Positions 1 to 13,360 of a stretch of DNA of 64,000 bases are shown here, piece after piece. A program made the position numbers and the translations under genes. Under the pieces are notes generated by a model, which worked only from the letters and a program-made list of their open reading frames with translations, had not been told where the DNA came from and did not search any database. Every line of letters begins with the position of its first letter. Position 1 is the stretch's first letter. The DNA is from Octopus vulgaris (lineage: Eukaryota): contig OX597814.1 in the NCBI GenBank assembly GCA_951406725.2, positions 153,946,001-154,010,000 of the forward strand. The letters are read 5' to 3'.

Positions 1-1049
1 CAACATGTGCTAAAATATAATGGTTCGATTAACAGACTTAAAGTGACTATCATAACTACACCTAATTATGATACAATGCTAAGATGAGTAACTGAATTAG
101 TTTCTATACAAAAGTATAAACCCAGTAACTCTGAACTAAAACTAGCTTGAGCTGTAACAATCCATCCAACCCATGCCAGCATAGAAAGCAGGCATGTGGT
201 GAGGGTGGTGGTATAGTTAAAATTACTTTACTTTCAAATGAGGTTTCCTTTGCTAATTACAAAATGTTGAAACATAAATATAAGTGATAAATTTTCTGTA
301 AAATTGGAAAGATATGACTAAAAGGACATTAGAGAAAATAAGAAAATGTAGCAGTTAATGTTTTTCTAAAGCAGAAAATTTATTGTCTAAATATGTTGGA
401 CAGAGTAATAATTAAAATAATATACACAATAGATATTAGAATATATAAACAATATAATTTGTTAAACAATCAAATTTCAGAACAAAAGCAAGATCTATTA
501 TTTTTGTTATTGGTTGTAATTAAATGAGACACAACATCAGAAGTAGTTCTTTTGTAATTATGTACAACCTGCTTTATAAGTACTAATACATTGTCTGTTG
601 TTTTACAAATAGAATAAAATATATTCTGTTCCATAGAAATATAGCTATATATTGAACATAAAAATAACAAATGGTTAAACAATTAGAAATAAAATATATA
701 TTCAATTTTTAACTTTGTAAATAGCTATATGCAAATTAAATACATGTTTTTGAACCTAGATGTTGTACTGAAAAAAATCAGCTCCTGCCCCCATCAATAA
801 ATAATTAAATAATATCAATGAGACTTTTAGCATGTCTTGGGCTGTTAGACATAGAGCCCAACTCTTTCTAGATCTAACCAGCATCAATTTCTTCTGAAGA
901 GAGAGAGATGAAGTAATCGAATATTATTAGTATGCTTATTGACTACTAAAGGGAAGGAAAAACTGAAATCATCAGGATTTGATCTGGGAGAAGAAGACTG
1001 GAATGAATATTATAAGGTATTTTATCTGACCCTCTAACTACTTCAATTC

Positions 1050-1051
<2 letters not shown>

Positions 1052-1143
<92 letters not shown>
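1052..1143. repeat. (CT)n microsatellite
   Basis: Perfect CT run seen directly. Confidence 0.98.
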
Positions 1144-1145
<2 letters not shown>

Positions 1146-1147
<2 letters not shown>

Positions 1148-1332
1148 CCATGTAAAATTGCAGTTGCGGCAGATACTGGTGTCACACTAATGGCACCAAT
1201 GCCATTACATCCAGCCATAGAAACCATGCCAAATTAGACTGTAGCCTGGTGCAGCCTTCCAGCTTGCCAGCCCTGGTCAAACCATCCAACCCATGCCAGC
1301 ATGGACAACAGACATTGAATGAAGATTAAATG

Positions 1333-1334
<2 letters not shown>
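1146..1334 (+). mobile_element. RTE LINE 3'-end fragment (gat-tail family), followed by (TA)n
   Basis: Has catccagccatagaaa...ccatccaacccatgccagcatgga, the same 3' end as the RTE at 46810-48805; a shorter remnant lies at 161-200. Confidence 0.8.
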
Positions 1335-1377
<43 letters not shown>

Positions 1378-1379
<2 letters not shown>

Positions 1380-2300
1380 TTCTTTTTCTTATCCCCCGTC
1401 TGTCTTGATAGACAATGGGTCGCGCCAAGGGTGGGACCTACTTTGATGATGAGCAGCGTCTGCTGTGACTGAACAGTCCAATTCTAGAGTGGCAGTCCCT
1501 GGTACAGTTGGTGCACACGAACATCGATGGGTACGTGTGGGTTGTTGCTGCAGTTGTCCTCCTCCTGTCCCGCCTGTCCGACCACAGCTGTGCTCTCCTT
1601 TCCTCAGCCATGGAAACGCCTTTCCTCACTGTCCAACGCCAGGCAGAGCGGTCAGCAGCTGTTACCTCCCACGTGTCCACACAGATGTTGGCAGTCCTCA
1701 GGTCGCGCTTCCACACATCCCTGTATCGTAGCTGTGGACGTCCCTTGGGTCGGGATCCCGTGGTGAGTTCGCTGTACAGGATGTCTTTAGGCATGCGACA
1801 ATCCTGCATGCGGCAGACGTGTCCGAGCCAGCGCAGTCGTCTCCGCACGAGGAGGGCATGCATGCTTGGCATATTAGTCTGTTCTAGGATGACTCCGTTT
1901 GGTACTCGGTCCTTCCAGGAGATGCCAAGGATCCGTCGAAGACACCGCATGTGGAAGCCGCTGAGGATGCATTCTTGCCGGGCGTATGTTGTCCAGCTCT
2001 CGCTGCCGTAGAGTAGGGTGCTCAGCACGCAGGCTCGGTACACTGTGAGCATGCTCGGTACACTGTGAGCATGTTGTTTTCCCACACTCTCCTGGAGAGC
2101 TTAGCCATGGCAGCAGCAGCCTTCCCAATCCGTCTGTTCAGCTCCGGCTCGAGGGACAGGCTGCTGGAGACCGTCGATCCCAGGTAAGTGAACTCGTTCA
2201 CCACCTGCAAGCTGTGGTCGCCGACACTGATGCTGGGGACCCCTCCGACGTCCTGGCCCATGATCTCTGTCTTTTTCAGGCCGATGGTAATGCCGAACTC
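1378..2300 (-). mobile_element. 5'-truncated RTE/BovB-like LINE (RT C-terminus, thumb, C-terminal zinc finger), frameshifted
   Basis: Motifs FTYLGS, YRACVLSTLLYGSESW, FHMRCLRRILGISWKDRV, RRLRWLGHV, GRPQLRY and CTNC...HSRIGLFSH; short 3' UTR with aag-type tail. Confidence 0.92.
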
Positions 2301-4770
2301 ATCATCATCAACATCATCATTTAATGACTGCTTTTCATGCTGGCATGAGTTAGACAGTTGGACTGAGGACTGACAAGCCAGGAGGCTGCATCAGGCTTCA
2401 GTCAGATCTGGCAAGATTTCTTACACTTTGTTGTGTATGTACACTGACATTACACATCCTTAGCAGTCACAGCCCGTGATTCACTGCCATGTAGTATGGC
2501 TGTTCACACATATGCATCATACAGTCTACCTTTCACTCTGAGTGAGAGGCCTTTTGTTACTAGCAGAGGTAGGAGCTCTCTCAACTTTACCCAGGCTATT
2601 CTTATTCTAGCAGCTACACTCTTAGAGCATCCACCCCACTATTAACTTGGTCACCAAGTTTTTCCCCCTGGCATGTAATGGAATCTGTTTTCTGTACATC
2701 AGTGCTTGTTGTCCCTGTACATCTGTCACACTCAAAAACTATCTTCCCAGTTAACCTTCTTTTGACATTGCTGCACCTCTTATATGTCCATAGCTTACAC
2801 CAGATACATCTTATAGATTTCTACTAACGCATTTTCTACAGATCAAGCAGGGTCATCTACCTGAAAGGATTTGTGATTTGTCTGCTTTCCAACTTATTAA
2901 GACTTTGGTTTTTGCTTGATTGACTCTAAGGCCCTTCATTTCTAGACCTTGCTTCCACACCAGAAACATTTCCTCTAGTTCTGATAGTGACTCAGCAATT
3001 AGAGCAAGGTCATCAGCATAGAGGAGATCCCAGGGGCAGCCTGTCTTGAACTCCTCTGTTATTGCCTGGATGACTATGATGAATAAGAGGGGGATGAAGA
3101 CTGATCCTTGGTGAACCCCTACTTCTACCAGGAATTCTTCTCTATACTCATTGCCAACCCTCACCTTACTGATAGCATCCTTGTATATAGGTCGTACAGC
3201 TCTCACCAACCACTCATCTATCCCTAGTTTCTGCATTGACCACCAGATGAGGGATTGGGGGACCCTGTCAAAGGCTTTCTCCATGTCAATAAAAGCCAAG
3301 TACAGGGGTTTATCTTTGGCTAAGAATTTCTACTGCAGTTGTCTTACCAGAAATATAGCTTCAGTGGTGCTTCTCCCTGGCACAAACCCAAACTGTATCT
3401 TGTCTAAACTAATTCTCTCACTAATTAGTTGGGCTATGACCCTCTCCATGACTTTCATCACCTCTGTAATTCTTCCTATCTAATGTGCCACCATTACCTT
3501 TGTAGTAGTTGACTAGGGTGCTGCTACACCAGTCATGATTCCCTCATGTATTACCTGGTTGACTATACAGATGACTAGACAATCACCTACACTGCCAGAT
3601 ATTTTAAGCATCTCAGCAGTGATTCTTGATGGGCTAGGGGCTTTCCCTGTCATACCCTTAATTGCTTTATCTACCAAGGTACTGTCAATTCAAATAACTG
3701 GTCTCTCTGTTGGGTCAACATTTGGCAGACTCTCTTTCTCCCATTCATTCTCTTCATTTAGCAACCTTTCATAGTGGCGTCACCAAGTCTCTCCTTGCAA
3801 CCTCATTAAATGCAAGTGATCCATCATCCATGCGGACACATTTCTCTCCTATGATATCACAATTCTCTCTCACACACTGTCTTGCAATACAAACCATTTC
3901 AAGTCTCTGGTCCTCATGACACAGAGCATTGGCAATTTTTTTCTTATCTGCTTCCCACTCTGGCTAAGTAAACCTGTCTCCTAGCTTCCCTTCTGGCGAT
4001 CTGATACAGTTCCCTGCTACCAGCACATTTCCAGTCCTTCCATGCCTGTTTCTTTTCCCTAATGGACCTGTCAACTACATTGTTCCACCACCACATTACC
4101 TTAGGTCAAGAGGGGACGTTGCACCAGCCGCAGATCTGGTCAGTAGGCCTCAACAAGTTATCCTGTAGGATCCTTCAGTTGTCCTTCACATTATGTGATG
4201 CTATATCCTCCTCTTTTTCATCAAAATCTTCAAGTCTCTAAATCTCTGTCCATTCAGAGGATCCTTAAGCTTCCAGACTCTTCTTTTCCATGCTGGTCAT
4301 CTTTTGGGCAACCATTCAGCCCTGATCTTGAAGTTGCTAACTACTAACCTATGTTATGGGGTGCATTCATCACCTGGGAAAGTTTTGGCATTTATAAGTA
4401 GCTGTCTTTCCTGTTTCCTGGCTAGAAGTAGTCCATCTGACTAGTGTGCCCACCAGACTGGTAGGTGAACTGGTGACTGGTAGGTTTCCTGAAGTTAGTA
4501 TTATAGATCATAAGATCATTTGCCTCACAGAACTCCAGCAGCCTGGTTCCCTCCTCATTGCAGGAACTAAATCTGTTGCCACCATGTTCACCATGGAAGC
4601 TTCCTGGATGTTGTCCAACAGGCCCATTGAAGTCACTAGCCACAAAGTGAAGGTCTCTATCATTCGTCAACGAGGTATTCTGCAAGAGGGTGTCATAAAA
4701 TCAGTCTTTCTGTTTATCAAGTAGCCCTGGCTGAGAGGCGTAGGCCAAGATAATGGTTGCTAATCCATGT
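2301..4770 (-). mobile_element. Degenerate RTE LINE with APE endonuclease and RT remnants plus 3' tail
   Basis: DFNG...NEEG.RLLEFC...NT.F.K (APE, 4422-4685); AFIDMEKAFDRVP, GVHQGS, LLYADDLAL (RT, 2853-3299); (atc)n tail at 2301; many stops and indels. Confidence 0.92.
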
Positions 4771-5205
4771 TGCAGCACTAGTTTAATAGTATATATATAT
4801 ATATATACATACACACATACAAGAGAGAGAGAAGGAGTGATGATTATGTTGACAAATACAATACTATGTTTCTTTGAAGATATAATGTTAAAGTCAATGA
4901 AATCAACTTTGTGTGTGTGTGTGTGTGTGCGCGCGTGCACATGTGCATACATGCATGTGTGTGAGTGTATTTGTGAGAGAGAGAGATAGTGAGAAAGAGA
5001 GAGAGAAATACAGACTAACAAATCCAGTCTTTATAATCATTAATATAGATTTTCTTGAGTGGAAGAAAAGCATCCATTTTCATTCCATTAGTATCATCAT
5101 TAATATTGTAACAGCATAGGTAATATCTGCTTCTCTTATGACATCATCTTATTCACCAACCCTTAAGACATTGATTTTTAACATAGATATAAGGCAATCC
5201 AAATT

Positions 5206-5376
5206 CTTATGAAGGAAATGACAGAGGACTGATGTATGTGGCACATTGCTATACTCAAAAAGAGCCACCCACTACGACTGAATTGAGATCCTAAAACCAA
5301 GGTCACATGAAGAGCATTGGTGTGGGTGCTGGTGTCACATACAAAGCACTGGTGATGGTACCACATAAAAATCACC
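5206..5376 (+). repeat. 171-bp exact copy of 7445-7615
   Basis: Base-by-base comparison by eye showed no differences. Confidence 0.9.
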
Positions 5377-6129
5377 AGTTTAACAAGTCAGTTCTGAGAG
5401 GATTTGAACTCAGAATATAAAGAGATATATGCAATAGTTTTGTTGGCAGAGTAGAGATTTGTAATATACCATGTAATTAAATACTGCAAAGTATTTTGTA
5501 TGGTGCTTTACTAATACAGCAATATTTACTACTCTGCACAATATCTAGAATGTAACTAACGGTTCTGCTCTTATCTAAAACAATAATACTGTGGAAATAG
5601 AAATGGTTACAACCTTTTCTTGTTTGTTGCAGTTAGATAATTTTTTTGAAATAAATTCCTTTGCAGAGAACAGATTTATCAACAAATCCTGATTCCGTTC
5701 TCCAAGCTGCCATACGAACCTTAATATCAACTTCGTATCTCTTCTCAATGGGTTTGTTGGTTTGTTCCTATCTTTCTTTATGCAACAGTATTAAAAACAA
5801 CTTTGTTAATCATCTCTTACTACAAACATCACTCTTTTGCCAAAACTCTTTTTCCTATATGGCTCCTTCCTTTTGAGCAACCATTTTCTTTCTGACCTTT
5901 GCCAACTATTTATTCTCAGGATATAGCTAGCATAGATTCAAATCTAAGTATAGACTTCAACTACAGTCGAATAAACCTTATTTATTTTATCCTAAATCAA
6001 GAATTCTGTAATTGCCGAAATCAATGAAATATATTTGCAAAATATCCCAAAATAATCTTTCTTTCAATGCTCAGTCTGGCTCTATATACTGAAATGTCTA
6101 ATCCTGCAGCTTTAGCTGGAATATTTTGG

Positions 6130-6165
<36 letters not shown>

Positions 6166-7299
6166 AGATAACTAAAACTGTTTTGGCATAACAACATTGT
6201 ATTGGATTTATATTTGACAAAAAGATATTATTCAAGGTAATGTTATACATACTAGAATAAAGCTAATTTTGGGGTCAATAGTTTGGAACACAATCTGAGT
6301 GCCACATTACATATATGTATATATATTGATTTCATAATGTATTCAATGCTATGTCTGTGTTGATATGAAAACAAATTCAGTGCCCAGAGCCATACTTGTC
6401 TCTGCCTTAACACAGTGGTTACCAAAACTATGAGCATAATAATCTTGTAAAAAAATTCACAAAGTGATGTTAGTTCTTCATGAGGAACAGAGATCTGATG
6501 TTTCAGATAAAACCCTTCACTGGGGATAAATAATCTTGTAAGATTTTGTACTGACACACACAATTACTGGTTTTCTCAAATTTTACCACATTACTATAAA
6601 ATTTTAACATGACAACAAACATGTCCTGTCAAGCACCCAAAAGTGAGTGATTTTTATTATTTGAAATATGAAATATATTTAAATGTAAGAATATCAAAAA
6701 AATATCAAAAAAATATATTATCACATTTTATACATTAACTGGAACAAGAGGAAATATTTTCTTTTTCATGAATTGATATGATTTGCTAAGTATCTTATAT
6801 TGACTTGATTTTTAAGATGAAACTATTATAATGTAATGCATAAGCTGGATGTTTTGAAGCTATATTCTGAATAACAGAATATATTTGAGACAACTATGCT
6901 TCTTCTCCGACATAGATTTCCTGTATTTTCATCTAATATTTCCAAGTATTGACAGTCTACAAACACTGATATAGCTTGTCAAATATCTACTAACATTTTT
7001 ACAAACGCCAACACGTAACCCTACCAAAATTCTAGATTTTTCAAAAAACCCCACCTCTAACCATTCCTCATTCTCCCCACATTCTTGCAACCACCCTTCC
7101 CAGTTTTCTGCCTCCACTCTCTCTTCTGTTCACTTTGTATTTTGAGGGCTTATCCTGAAACTTCACCACCACTACCTGTATCTCTCTTTTCATTTCGAAA
7201 TTGTTAGTCCCATTCACTCTCATATAATGTGAAGCAGCCAAATATTTCTCTCTTAGTCCCATTCAATCAAGGAAGATCTTAGACTCAAAAATGACATGA

Positions 7300-7786
7300 T
7301 AACCCCACTGGTGCAGGTACCAGAGAAAAAGCACCTTGTGCACTCTATAAAGTGGTTGGCATTAGAAAGGGGGAAAGTTGTAGAAGCAGGAAACCCAGAA
7401 AGACATGGGATGAAGTACTGTAGGCTGATCTCAAAATGCTGTGCCTTATGAAGGAAATGACAGAGGACTGATGTATGTGGCACATTGCTATACTCAAAAA
7501 GAGCCACCCACTACGACTGAATTGAGATCCTAAAACCAAGGTCACATGAAGAGCATTGGTGTGGGTGCTGGTGTCACATACAAAGCACTGGTGATGGTAC
7601 CACATAAAAATCACCCAGCACACTCTGTAAAGTGGTTGGCATTAGCTGTAAAAGGCATCCAGCCGTAGAAACCAAGCCAAAATGGACTATGGAAACTGGT
7701 GTGGCCCCTGGCCTTGCCAGTCTCCCTCAAGCTGTCCAACCCATACCAGCATGGAAAATGGATGTTAAATGTTAATGATGATGATT
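7300..7786 (+). mobile_element. RTE LINE C-terminal ORF remnant and 3' UTR
   Basis: G.PRKTWDEV...EMT.D-like coding remnant, then shared 3' UTR and gat tail. Confidence 0.8.
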
Positions 7787-8595
7787 CAGCTATAGAAACC
7801 ATGCTAAAGCAGATACTGAAGCATAATTCAGCCCTCCAACTCATCAGATCTTTTTATAATATAAATATATATAAATATGTGTGTGTGTCAGAGAGAGACA
7901 AACAAACAGATAGTGTGTGTGTGTGTGTGTGTATGTGTGTGTATGTGTGCGTGTGTGTGTGTGTACCACTTTTGTTCTTAAATTTCTGTGAAGCATAAAT
8001 GGGATGTTTTATAATTTCAATTTCTTAACGAAAAACAAACACTAGTAACTGTTGCTTGCCACTAATTGCAGTTTAGTAATTTCTCGTTCAGCTAGATTAC
8101 CCAACATTGTTCTAACAATAAAACTCCTAAATAATAATCACTACTATCACATAAAAAAAACCTGAATTTTATTGAAAACAGTTTCTTCATCCTTTTTTGC
8201 TTTCTTTTTTTTTCATTTCAAGATGATTGTCTTGTTTTGTTCAATTAATTGGAGACTTGTTATTGTCTAGCTTCTAGGTTAACTCTGATTCAACAAGTCT
8301 TTAATCAAAGATTCTTCCTGCTACAATCATGATGTCTTTTTGTTTTACTGTTTATTCTCAGGCAGTGGACCACATTATTTCATACGTCTTTTTTTTAAGA
8401 CATTCAGGTGTAATATCAGGTAGATTTAAGTATTATTTCTATCAGGCCAAGGAACCACATCGATGCCTGGTGAGAGCTGTGATTAAGCAGTGATCACAAT
8501 ATCCAGCAGGTGGTAAAGGTTGGGCATGGAGGTGAGAAAGAGATCAAAAATGCTTCAGGAGCCTGTGTGTTAATCAGGAATATGTGGATAATAAT

Positions 8596-9018
8596 AGTGG
8601 CCGATGCCAGCGCCGCCTTGACTGGCTTCTGTGCCAGTGGCACGTGACCTGCTGTGCTTCAGGAGACCTATTGAGTCAAGTACATCAACATCAAAATAAA
8701 TATCAAATGGGGCACGTAAAAAGCACCATCCGAACGTGGCCGATGCCAGCGTCGCCTTGACTGGCTTCTGTGCTGGTGGCACATAAAAAGCACCAACCAA
8801 TCGTGGCCGCTACCAGCCTCCCCTGGCACCTGTGCCAGTGGCATGCGAAAAGCACCCACTACACTGACGAAGTGGTTGGCATTAGGAAGGGCATCCAGCT
8901 GTAGAAACACTGCCAGATCAAACTGGAGCCTGGTGCAGCCTCCTGGCTTCCCAGACCCCAGTCAAACCATCCAACCTGTGCTAGCATGGAAAACGGACAT
9001 TAAACGATGATGATGATG
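8596..9018 (+). mobile_element. RTE 3' UTR copy with internal repeats
   Basis: gtggcacataaaaagcacc repeats, gttggcattaggaagggcatccagctgtagaaa, (gat)n tail. Confidence 0.88.
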
Positions 9019-9430
9019 TTGCAGAGAGTCATTTATGGCAGTATATTCAACTTTGGTGCAGTCTTGATATGAGATACATAAAAAGCCAAGATGATTTGGG
9101 AACACTGAAGTTACCAAGGTTGATGATTCCAACAAGAGAAGGGAAGTGAGATAGATGTTGTTGATGTAAAATGAGATAGTGCCTCAAAGTTATTGGTTGG
9201 GGAAGGTTATAGAGCAGTATACAGCATTAGAAACACAATTATTTGGTTCAAATACTTTTAATGAATGCCTTAAATTTATTCAACATAGGACTGGCAGGAT
9301 GAGATTACTATACTTGTCCTTCTACCTACCAAACTGTAGTTACATTTTACTTCATCACAAAATAGTCTTATAGGTTTCATTGAATTTTCCCGATAATGAA
9401 AAGTGGTCTAATTTGAAATTTACAACTAAA

Positions 9431-9945
9431 TCATCATAATCATCATCATCCTCATTTAACGTCCACTTTCCAGGCAGTACTGGCAATGGCCATGCTCAAA
9501 TGGTACTTTTTATGTGCCACCTGCACAGGAGCCAGTCCAGCGGCACTGGCAATGACCTCGCTCGAATGTTTTTTCATGTGCAACCAGTACAAGTGCCAGT
9601 AAGGTGATGCAGGTAACGATCACACTTGAATGGTGCTTTTTACATGCCACCGGCACAGAGGCCAGCTTGTTGCTCTGGCAATGATCATGCTCGGATGGTG
9701 CTCTTAGTGCTCCACTAGCACGGATGCAAGTCATCGAATTTGATTTTGATTTCAATTTCGATTTCACTTGCTTCAGCAGGTCTTAGCAAGCAGAGTTTAG
9801 TGTCCAATGAAGGAAAGTTATGCATAAGTGGGCTGGTTACACCCCTGGCATAGGCCACAAGGTTATAGTTTCACTTGTGCTTACCAAGTCTTCTCAAGCA
9901 CAGTATATTTCCAAAGGTCCCAGTCACAAGTCATTACCTCGGTGA
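9431..9945 (-). mobile_element. RTE 3' end (ORF tail and UTR, internally deleted)
   Basis: (atc)n tail at 9431 and reverse-complement UTR repeats. Confidence 0.82.
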
Positions 9946-10094
9946 GTCAATGAAAATACTAAAGAGTAAATATGTTGTTTATGTTAACAAAGTCCATGAC
10001 ATCAAGCTGGGAATTACTACTTTAAGTTATGAATTGGGTTTAAGACAATAATTCTCAAATAATGTATTGGAAAACTATTCTTTGTATGATTCCA

Positions 10095-10437
10095 AATTTT
10101 AGTTTTATCCCACAGCACAGCTGTGTGTTAAGAAGTTTGCTTTTCAACTACATGGTAAGTGGCGTCTTTCATTCTCAATCTTTCATGGAAGCATCTGGTT
10201 ATGGGGAAATATAACCTTACTTGGAAACAGGTAAAGGTTGGCAAGAGGTAGGGCATCCAGCCATAGAAAATCCACCTCAACAAATTCCATCCAACCCATG
10301 CAACATTGGAAAGTGAATGTTAAAATGATGATGATGAGGAGGAGGAGGAGGAGGAGGAGGAGGTGGAGGAGGAGGAGGAGGACGACGACGACGACGACGA
10401 CGACGATGATGATGATGACGATGATGATGATGATGAT
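10095..10437 (+). mobile_element. tRNA-derived SINE with RTE-type tail and compound (GAT)(GAG)(GAC) microsatellite
   Basis: Head resembles the MER6-like SINE; tail gggcatccagccatagaaaatcc...ccaacccatgc; related copies at 24455-24860 (+) and 46490-46745 (-). Confidence 0.75.
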
Positions 10438-10751
10438 AAAAATAGTAAATTTTTGTTTCCTGGTGTTTGCAGTATCTCTAAGAGAGAAAAATTAACTTGT
10501 GAAAAACGCCAGTTGTAATTTGTTTTCCAATTTAACAAGTAATGCTGAAATCAATACAAGTAACTATATTTCAAGTAAACCTGATTTATAACTTAGCCCT
10601 TGGGTCAAAATCCCAATGCATATGACTGGTTTGAAAGAAGTCATATCACTGCCTAGTACAATTTCCAAATGTAACTTTTATTTGCAATAATACAACTCCC
10701 ACTTCTAAGACAGTGGCAATAATACTGCTCCCACCACCAGGACACCTCTAG

Positions 10752-10800
<49 letters not shown>

Positions 10801-11033
10801 TCTTGGACTGCATCCAAAAGAAAACCAACTGATTAACTTATTAAGGACTCTTTCCTTTAACCTCCAAACATGCTTTCTCTTCATTGCTTTGTTTTTACTG
10901 CACTACAATGGCAACTGCCCCTTAAAACTAGCTAGGAACCATTAACCATTTACAACCTGAAACTAATCTCATCCATCATACCTATCTCTTTCTTACTGTC
11001 TCAGCATAGGCTTCACATTAATGACCATACCAA

Positions 11034-11428
11034 GGCGTAGGAGTGGCTGTGTGGTAAGTAGCTTGCTTACCAACCTCATGGTTCCAGGTTCAGTCCCACT
11101 GTGTGGCACCTTGGGCAAGTGTCTTCTACTACAGCCTTAGGCCGACCAAAGCTTTGTGATTGGATTTGGTAGACGGAAACTGAAAGAAGCTCATGGTATA
11201 TATGTATGTGTGTGTGTATATGTTTGTGTCTGTGTTTGTCCCCCCAACATTGCTTGACAACCGATGTTGGTGTGTTTACATCCCTGTAACTTAGTGGTTC
11301 GGCAAAAGAAACCGATAGCATAAGTACTAGGCTTACAAAGAATAAGTCCTGGGGTCGATTTGCTCGACTAAAGGCGGTGCTCCAGCATGGCTGCAGTCAA
11401 ATGACTGAAACAAGTAAAAGAGTAAAAG
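11034..11428 (+). mobile_element. Full-length tRNA-derived SINE (MER6-like)
   Basis: A box TGGCTGTGTGG, B box GGTTCAGTCCC, ccttgggcaagtgtcttctact core, internal (TA/TG)n, aagagt tail; multiple copies in window. Confidence 0.92.
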
Positions 11429-12308
11429 TGTATACTCTTTCTCTCATATCCACTACAGGTTATGTTATTGAAACTGGATATCAATAGTTGATATTTCATG
11501 CCTGCAAAGGTCCTGGGTGCAGTCCCTTTCTCATGACTTAACACTTCAGAAAATACTACAAGTATGCTGCTTTATAGAAGAAGGAAAAAATAGACAGCGA
11601 GAAAGGTTAAGACTTAACTTTAGAAAGAATATAGTATTGTGAAGTAAATTCAACTTCAGAGAAGACAGCGTTTGTCAAGAAATAGAATTAATAATTCAAT
11701 AAGAACTGGCAACAGCTGGCAAACACACTTCACAAAAAGATCCTTAACAACTTCAAAGGGATAAAAGACTTTCAATAAACACATACATGTCTAATTGATT
11801 ACAAGATTTAGTGCTTCGAGGAAAGTAAGATCTTGCTACTGACACATGGATCAAGTGAAGTTGAGAATAGGTGCATGAAGAAAGTAAAGAACTGGTGAAG
11901 CACTATGTCACATGACAAGAACTGAGATGTGACAAGAAGAACAAATTGCATCCCCTCCTTCTGCTTGGGGCATTTCATATACTTCTAGAGAAATTGTCTA
12001 ATATATTGAATTAAGGCTCTTATAGAGAAATATAATTCTGAATATTTAGCAAAATTAAATCATTTTTGTAATTATTGGTATAGCTTTCCATTTGAGACAA
12101 ATAGAAAAACTTCACTTCTGGGAAAAACACTCAGAATATGAACACTGCCTGGTTAACAAGCTATTCTGGCTTGGATACTGGAGAAACTACATTTCAGATA
12201 ACATAGTCTTAGAGATACTATGTCTAAAGTATAGATGTGATGGTCATGTTTGAAATACCTCTGATTATAAAACTATATAACAGACCTTACTGAGTAAAAA
12301 CTGCTTAA

Positions 12309-12528
12309 CCCTTTTGTTTCTAACCCGGCCAAAACCAGCTCTGGCTATGTGGTAAAATGTCTTGTTTTCATAAGTTTTGAATTAAAATCTTCCACTAAGC
12401 CTTCGTCACAATTTACATTCCTAACACTAGCTTAATGATAACTAAGTTATTTTACTAAATTCTTTGTTATAGTTAAAGTAATTGAAAGAAACACAGAGCA
12501 TCTCAAAATAAATACGGTAATGAAAGGG
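12309..12528 (+). mobile_element. piggyBac-type MITE family 1 (220 bp)
   Basis: TTAA-CCCTTT...AAAGGG-TTAA; reverse copy at 25016-25235. Confidence 0.9.
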
Positions 12529-12894
12529 TTAACAGCAGTCAAAGTGGCTGTTAGTCTGTTATAACAGTTGTAACTATGGGGAAAAGATGTCTTTTTTATT
12601 TAGGATGTAGGAGTCTTAATTTAATCGAATTCATTAAGATTTGGTAAACTAATGTCATATTTATTGACATATATTTCTGGAGAATTCAAACTTTTATGTC
12701 AACATCCTTATCTGGTCTTGTGGCATTACAGATAAGAACACCTAAAAAAAGTATGACATTACAAATCAAAGGTTTATACCATTAGATGCAAGTATCATAT
12801 GTATTCTGTAGTACACTGTTACACACATACACACACATACACACACATCATTGACATGATACTGGTACCATCCAGTACCCTCCTATTCATCATA

Positions 12895-13340
12895 GTCCCC
12901 TAGAACATAACAGAGGAATTTAAGACTGGTTGCCAATGACCTTGTTCTTCTAGCTGAATCTGTAGTAGAACAAGAAAAGAAATTTCAGGTGTGGAAGCAA
13001 AATCTAGAATCAAAGGACCTTAAAGTTAACTTAGCAAAGACCAAAGTTTTGATAATCAGGAAAACAAACAAAACTACATCCTTCAGGAAAATAGCTCTGC
13101 TCAACACAGAAGAAAGATATGGGTAGAAATTTCATACAGTGTACTCAGTGCAAGCTATGGACATAGAAGAGGAGCAGTGCTATCACAGGAAGGTTATCAG
13201 AAAAGGCAGAATTTGTATGTGGAAGATGTTTAGGAACAATAAATAAATACTTAAGTACACATGGGAAATAAATTCTCTCAAAAGCCCAGGAAATACCAAA
13301 GAATTAGTAGATAGCTTCTAGGTGACCTAATTAGCAATAA
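12895..13340 (+). mobile_element. Degenerate RTE RT fragment
   Basis: Homologous to 46900-47320 (A(N)DL, VWKQ.LESKGL.VNLAKTKV). Confidence 0.85.
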
Positions 13341-13360
13341 GCATATAAATAGGCTTCCCT

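Noticed and set aside
5580-5800. Minus-strand open frames with a few CpGs
   Set aside because: No recognisable homology and no convincing splice-site pair
10238-10538. Low-complexity ORFs (poly-R/S/N/L/I, YIYI, HTHT) here and throughout
   Set aside because: Translations of microsatellites
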